Source: Candidatus Micrarchaeota archaeon (GTDB lineage Archaea; Micrarchaeota; Micrarchaeia; Norongarragalinales; SBBD01). From it: DNA of 64,000 bases. A model generated the notes under the pieces. That model did no database searches, was not told where the DNA came from, and saw nothing but the letters and a program-made list of their open reading frames with translations. Shown piece by piece: positions 59,066 to 64,000 of the stretch (the first letter of the stretch is position 1; each line of letters opens with the position of its first letter). The position numbers and the translations under genes were made by a program. The stretch covers positions 64,001 to 128,000 of the forward strand of contig JAHJQN010000008.1 of the NCBI GenBank assembly GCA_018819225.1, given 5' to 3'.

Positions 59066-60385
59066 TTACTCGGCCAGCAAGACGCGGACTCCAGCCGGCG
59101 TACGCGACAAGTTGCCCGCGCGAATTCCGACGGCATAACCCACTTTCTTCTGCTCAGCCAAATCCACGAGGCGTTGAGTCACGATGCCATCCAGAATCAC
59201 CGCCGAGATGTCCGTCGCGCCCGTTAAAGCGGTCATGATTTCTCGGATCGGCACTTCCTGCATGATCGTCTGGTTTTTGTCCAGAAAACGCGCTTTCAGC
59301 GTGCCCTCCAATTCCTTCAACTGGCCCCGAAGGGCTTGTTCCTTGGCCGCATCTTCAGGAGACACGACTGGCGCCACCGCACGTGCAGGTGCCGGTTCCG
59401 AAGTAGGCTCGTGCGGCTCGGGAGTTGCGCTTCGCTCGGATACATCCCGAGGAGTATACTCGCCTCTTCGTTGGCTGCGGTCTCCACGATCCCTGCGGTA
59501 TCCGCCGCGGTCACGCTCAAAACGACCGCGGGAACGCGGATCGCGATCCATGCCCTGGAATAAGGTGTCTGCCTGATCCGCTGGAACCTTGCGACGCAAA
59601 GCCATAATCATTTCCTTTCGCGTCAGCTCCTCCACTTCCTTTCCAGTAGGAGCCCGCGAAACAAAATCGATATCCGTGGCATGCTGGAGTTCGCGGAGAA
59701 TGATTTCTCCACCGCGGTCCCCATCCAAGAACACCGTTGATTCCTTCGAGCGCGCGAGATCCGCGATCGTTTGTCCCACGTTCGCTCCACCAATACCGAC
59801 GACATTCTTAATGCCGTTCTTGAGGAGATTGATGACGTCGGCGCGTCCTTCGACGATAATGATACTGTCGCTGCGCTCCAAGTCCGGACCGCACGGCAGC
59901 TTATCCGCTCCAAACGACTGCACTTCAGCGATTTTCACTTCCGAACGCACGAGGTCGGCCAATTCCTTACTCTCAGGAATTTCATCCACCACGATGTTGC
60001 GCAACAGGTTCTTCGCCCGATCCAACAAGATCTTGCGCTTCAAATTCCTCGTGTCCTCCACGCGTTCCACGTTAATCCGAGCCTCACACGGACCCACGCG
60101 GTCCACGATCTCCAAACTCGCGGCTAAAATCGCGGTTTCCACCATGTCCAGACTCGACGGAATCAAGATGTTACCGAAACTTCGACCGTTTCGTACATTG
60201 AGATTTACTTCAATGCGCCCAATGCGGCCGTTCTTCTGAAGCTCGCGGAGGTCCAACTCGTCTCCCAAAAGTCCTTCGGTCTGGCCAAAAACGGCTCCCA
60301 CGATGTCGGGCTTGTCGATGATACCATCAATCTCGAAATTGGCTTTCACTAAGTATTTTACCGTATCAATGTACGTCTTTCCCAT
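59066..60385 (-). CDS. dnaG: Archaeal DnaG (TOPRIM; exosome-associated)
   Basis: DIVGAVFGQTEGLLG, IVEGRADV, FLDGDRGG, DGIVTQRL. Confidence 0.97.
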   Translation of the reverse strand: MGKTYIDTVKYLVKANFEIDGIIDKPDIVGAVFGQTEGLLGDELDLRELQKNGRIGRIEVNLNVRNGRSFGNILIPSSLDMVETAILAASLEIVDRVGPCEARINVERVEDTRNLKRKILLDRAKNLLRNIVVDEIPESKELADLVRSEVKIAEVQSFGADKLPCGPDLERSDSIIIVEGRADVINLLKNGIKNVVGIGGANVGQTIADLARSKESTVFLDGDRGGEIILRELQHATDIDFVSRAPTGKEVEELTRKEMIMALRRKVPADQADTLFQGMDRDPRSRGRFERDRGGYRRDRGDRSQRRGEYTPRDVSERSATPEPHEPTSEPAPARAVAPVVSPEDAAKEQALRGQLKELEGTLKARFLDKNQTIMQEVPIREIMTALTGATDISAVILDGIVTQRLVDLAEQKKVGYAVGIRAGNLSRTPAGVRVLLAE

Positions 60386-60450
60386 TTGATTCACCTTGCG
60401 ATGGAAGACGCACCTGCCGATTGACTAAAGAATTCGATCCGAATTTTGGG

Positions 60451-60520
60451 CCCCGTGCACTGTTGACTATGCAGTCATTTCTCTGCTAAGCAGAGATGGG
60501 CAAGCCATCCGTGCACAAAG
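60451..60520 (-). promoter_or_regulatory. Candidate structured RNA (four-way junction) upstream of dnaG
   Basis: Closing stem CTTTGTGCAC/GTGCACGGGG enclosing three short hairpins. Confidence 0.45.
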
Positions 60521-60567
60521 GCATTCCGATATCACACCCAAATGAACATGAACGAATTCTTTTACGT

Positions 60568-60993
60568 TTAACGCAGGTGTCCTTCCACTTTTTCTGCGAT
60601 CAGGTCATACAACGAAGGAGAAATTTTGACGATGTCCTTGTCGGATAAGATGCCTACGATCTTCCCTTTCCGGAAGACGACCAGGCGCCTTAAATCCTCG
60701 TTTCCCATGAGCTTTGCCGCGTCACTGATATCGGAATCGGGTTCGACCCCGACCAGCGGCTTGCTCATGACTTCCCGAATAAGGCAATCCGTTCCCTTGC
60801 CAATGGCAAGACAGCGTTCAACCAAATCCGTGTGAGTCACGATGCCCGAAATGCTTCCGTGGCCGGATGCCACGAGCACGCTGCCCACGTGATGTTTTTT
60901 CATCAACTTGGCGGCTTCCAACACGTTTTGTTGCTCGCCAATGGTGATTAGACTCGTCTTCATGACGTCTCCAACTTTAATGCCTGTATCCAT
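60568..60993 (-). CDS. CBS-domain pair protein
   Basis: VGDVM, EAAKLM, GIVT..D, VMSKPL, RRLVV, GILS..DI. Confidence 0.92.
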   Translation of the reverse strand: MDTGIKVGDVMKTSLITIGEQQNVLEAAKLMKKHHVGSVLVASGHGSISGIVTHTDLVERCLAIGKGTDCLIREVMSKPLVGVEPDSDISDAAKLMGNEDLRRLVVFRKGKIVGILSDKDIVKISPSLYDLIAEKVEGHLR

Positions 60994-61072
60994 GACAAAA
61001 GAGTTGTGCGCGCTCGATTTTATTAAGCTTTCGCGGTTCTTCAAGCCGTAGTACGACAAAACGCGAATAGGC

Positions 61073-61729
61073 TTAGGGCTGGGATGAATGCCTCTTGGGA
61101 TTCCGCTTCCCCCACATCACGATCAAAGCATGAAATTCATTGAATAGTTTTTCATCGCGAGGCAAACGGCATTCGAAACAGTGCTTCAGCTCCACATACT
61201 GTTTTCGTCCAGGAGGTTCCCGTAAAACAAATAGTTGGAACGCTTCGTTGAAGCGAAAGGTATATGCGTCGATCACAAATGAAGGCTTGTTTCCAGCGTA
61301 CAAGAGCATGGAATCCGCGGTTTCCGGGCCAATGCCGTGCAATGAGAGCAATTCGTCTCGGCAGGAATCCAGAGACTGATCCATCAACTTCCCAACGTCT
61401 CCATGGTAACGCGTTTCAACGTATTGGCAGAATTTCTTCAAGCGAATCGCTTTCTGCCTGTAATAACCGGATGCGCGAATCAACGGTTCCAACTCGCTCA
61501 GCGGAATGGACGCTAATGAGCGGCACGATAATTTTCCGTGTTTTTTTAATTGGGCGATCGCGTTTTCCACATTTTTCCAAGACGTATTTTGCGTCAGAAT
61601 CGCGCCCACGCACACCTCGAAAGAAGATTCAGCAGGCCACCAATGTTGCGGTCCGTACTCGCTCAGCAGCATGCGATAGACCGAAAAAAGACGGCGGGAA
61701 GCATTCGAAACGTTTTTTCGTTGAGGCAT
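61073..61729 (-). CDS. Endonuclease III-related HhH-GPD glycosylase (no Fe-S motif)
   Basis: GPQHWWP, GAILTQNT.W, GIGPETADS, FVIDAYT.R, EFHALIV. Confidence 0.9.
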   Translation of the reverse strand: MPQRKNVSNASRRLFSVYRMLLSEYGPQHWWPAESSFEVCVGAILTQNTSWKNVENAIAQLKKHGKLSCRSLASIPLSELEPLIRASGYYRQKAIRLKKFCQYVETRYHGDVGKLMDQSLDSCRDELLSLHGIGPETADSMLLYAGNKPSFVIDAYTFRFNEAFQLFVLREPPGRKQYVELKHCFECRLPRDEKLFNEFHALIVMWGKRNPKRHSSQP

Positions 61730-61796
61730 ACCCTTAATAATCACTTATTCCTTTAAACATTGCTAATTCTTTACGTTTTCAGGAGAGTGGAAACCT

Positions 61797-63332
61797 ATGA
61801 TCATCGTACTCGACTTCGGTGGACAATACGCGCACCTCATCGCCCGCAGAATCAAAGACCTGGGAACCCAAGCCGCGATTCTACCCTATCATGCATCCGT
61901 CGATGAAATTCGAAAGCACGAACCCCTGGGCATCGTCTTGTCAGGCGCTCCCGCAGCCATCACCGAAAAAGATGCGATTCGACCCGACATGAAGATCATG
62001 GATTTCGATATGCCCATCCTCGGCATCTGCTACGGAGAACAACTGATGGCCCAGCACTACGGAGGATCCCTCGCGACGCGAGGAGCCCAACGGGAGTACG
62101 GGAAAGAAGAAATGCAGGTCAAAGGAAAAAACGGGATTTTCAAAGGCTTGAAAGACCAGGAAACGGTTTGGATGTCGCACGGAGATGCCGTTGAAAAACT
62201 CCCCAAAGGATTCACCGTAACGGGCAGCACGCGGAAATGTGCTGTGGCTGCATTTGAAAATTCCGAAAAAAAGAGGTATGGTCTTCAATTCCATCCGGAA
62301 GTCGTGCACACGAAAAACGGTTCCAAAATCCTTGAAAATTTTGTGTTCAGGATCTGCGGAGCCGCCAAAGACTATTCCCTGAAGGGTTTGGACGAGCAAC
62401 TCTCGATCCCCATTCAAAAAGAAGTCGGGAAAGAAGGCGTGCTCATCGCGGTTTCCGGAGGCGTGGATTCGCTGGTGACCGCGGCGCTCCTGCACCGAGC
62501 GGTTCCCGAAAACCTGTACTGCGTTTTGATTGACACGGGCCTCATGCGTAAAGGAGAAATCGAGGAGACGAGTCGCTACTTCCAGAAACAAGGATTTCAG
62601 CATTTCGAGGTCGTCAACGCTGAAAAACGTTTTCTTGAAAGACTCCAAGGCATTCTGGACCCCGAGAAAAAACGCGAGGCCATCGGCCACACCTTCATCG
62701 AAGTTTTCGAGGAAAAAGCGCGGGAACTCGGAAAAAAAGCCAACATCCGTTTTCTCGCGCAAGGCACCATCTACCCCGACCGCATTGAAAGCGCGCAGGC
62801 ATCAGGAGCCGCGGAAAAAATCAAGAGTCACCATAATCTCACCCTCCCCGAAAAAATGCATTTGAAAGTCATCGAACCCTTGAAAGACTTGTATAAAGAC
62901 GAGGTTCGTCATTTGGGCGAAATACTGGGACTGCCGAAGGAACGCGTATGGCGGCAGCCGTTCCCCGGACCCGGACTCGCCATCCGGATACTCGGAGAGG
63001 TTACGCCCGACCGTTTGAGCATCGTACGGGAGACGGACTACGTTTACCGGGAAGAAATCCGAAAAGCAGGACTCGATAAGGGTGTATGGCAGTACTTCAC
63101 CGCACTGATTCCCGTCAAAGTCGTTGGCGTCATGGCGGACAAACGCACCTACGAATACATGATCGCCTTGCGTGCAGTCACCAGCAAGGACGGCATGACC
63201 GCCGACTTCGCCCGCATTCCCATGGACGTGCTCGAACGCATTTCCAGCCGCATCGTGAACGACGTGAAAGGCGTCAACCGCGTTCTCTACGACGTGAGCC
63301 AGAAGCCCCCTAGCACGATTGAGTACGAGTAA
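61797..63332 (+). CDS. guaA: GMP synthase (fused GATase and ATPPase)
   Basis: DFGGQY, GICYG, QFHPE, SGGVDS, QGTIYPD.IES, IKSHHN, PFPGPGL, KPPSTIEYE. Confidence 0.97.
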   Translation: MIIVLDFGGQYAHLIARRIKDLGTQAAILPYHASVDEIRKHEPLGIVLSGAPAAITEKDAIRPDMKIMDFDMPILGICYGEQLMAQHYGGSLATRGAQREYGKEEMQVKGKNGIFKGLKDQETVWMSHGDAVEKLPKGFTVTGSTRKCAVAAFENSEKKRYGLQFHPEVVHTKNGSKILENFVFRICGAAKDYSLKGLDEQLSIPIQKEVGKEGVLIAVSGGVDSLVTAALLHRAVPENLYCVLIDTGLMRKGEIEETSRYFQKQGFQHFEVVNAEKRFLERLQGILDPEKKREAIGHTFIEVFEEKARELGKKANIRFLAQGTIYPDRIESAQASGAAEKIKSHHNLTLPEKMHLKVIEPLKDLYKDEVRHLGEILGLPKERVWRQPFPGPGLAIRILGEVTPDRLSIVRETDYVYREEIRKAGLDKGVWQYFTALIPVKVVGVMADKRTYEYMIALRAVTSKDGMTADFARIPMDVLERISSRIVNDVKGVNRVLYDVSQKPPSTIEYE

Positions 63333-63401
63333 AAAGAAAATGTTAAATAGGAAGGCGCCTTAATTCAAATCCCTTCAATACTCTCTCGAAAGGAATACAG
63401 A

Positions 63402-64000
63402 ATGATTATTGTCTACAATTTTGGAAGCCAGTACGCCCACCTCATCGCCCGACGCATCCGGGAAATGGGCGTTCACGCCATCATTGTTCCGCACCACACG
63501 CGTGCCAGGACCATTAAGAAATTGAAGCCGGACGCCCTCATTTTTTCCGGAGGTCCGGCTTCCACGTGGAGTACGAGCGCGTTGTTGCCGGATCCCGATC
63601 TCTTTAAACTCAATATTCCGATGCTCGGCATCTGTTATGGACAACAGGTTCTTGCTGAAATGCTTGGCGGCGAAGTCGTTCCCGGACGCGCCGCAGAATA
63701 CGGGAAAGAAACCGTTTTCATCGATGACTTCTCCGGATTATTTAAGGGATTAAAAGGCAAGGAACACGTCTGGTTCTCCCACGGCGACGCCGTCGAAGTA
63801 GTCCCCAAGGGCTTCAAGGTGACGGCCCGCACGCGCATCTGTCCAGTGGCCGCCATTGAAAACCATGAAAAAAAGAGGTTCGGCGTCCAGTTCCACCCCG
63901 AAGTCGAACACACCGAACAAGGCATGACGATTATCCGAAATTTTCTTCGAATGACCCGTCCTAAAAAAGACTGGAAGATGAATGACGTCTCCAGGCAATT
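63402..64000 (+). CDS. guaA: Second GMP synthase-like gene, partial (runs off window end)
   Basis: Manual translation MIIVYNFGSQYAHLIARRIRE...SGGP...GICYG...SHGD...QFHPEV...; open to window end. Confidence 0.85.
   Translation, partial: MIIVYNFGSQYAHLIARRIREMGVHAIIVPHHTRARTIKKLKPDALIFSGGPASTWSTSALLPDPDLFKLNIPMLGICYGQQVLAEMLGGEVVPGRAAEYGKETVFIDDFSGLFKGLKGKEHVWFSHGDAVEVVPKGFKVTARTRICPVAAIENHEKKRFGVQFHPEVEHTEQGMTIIRNFLRMTRPKKDWKMNDVSRQ

Noticed and set aside
61941-62762. Long antisense ORFs (also 410..793, 42083..42724, 53578..54201, 59589..60239 and others)
   Set aside because: Shadow frames of well-supported genes, with no motifs of their own.

Overview
Gene-dense archaeal chromosomal segment, shown by eS1, uS15, uL16, EF-1beta, Sm, Nop5, RPA, CarS, archaeal DnaG, an ATP-dependent ligase and a BHB-type tRNA intron. 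Its compactness, pilin-like orphans and non-canonical tRNA intron suggest a DPANN organism, possibly Micrarchaeota-like; this is inference, not tested. Most of the window is housekeeping: translation and RNA modification, lipid and cell-envelope genes (uppS, carS, two archaeosortases, SPase I, S2P, glmS/glmU), cofactor salvage (thiM-thiE-thiL, nadE, ribK) and nucleotide metabolism (pyrF, pyrH, two tandem guaA). RNA genes not in the ORF track are tRNA-Val(GAC), tRNA-Ala(GGC) with a 36-nt intron at 59/60, and a structurally atypical RNase P RNA. The best candidate for an undescribed system is a five-gene operon at 10.9-12.85 kb with the layout A-B-C-A'-B'. It holds two diverged pairs of paralogous two-helix membrane proteins around a single-TM protein with a PrgI/VirB3-like motif, and is flanked by Arg-rich Met-Pro orphan genes. 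Also notable are a short palindromic (REP/BIME-like) repeat family that sits beside duplicated target ends at two loci, and a structured RNA leader upstream of dnaG. No integrase, transposase, CRISPR array or rRNA was seen. All family calls are by-eye motif recognition; no searches were run.
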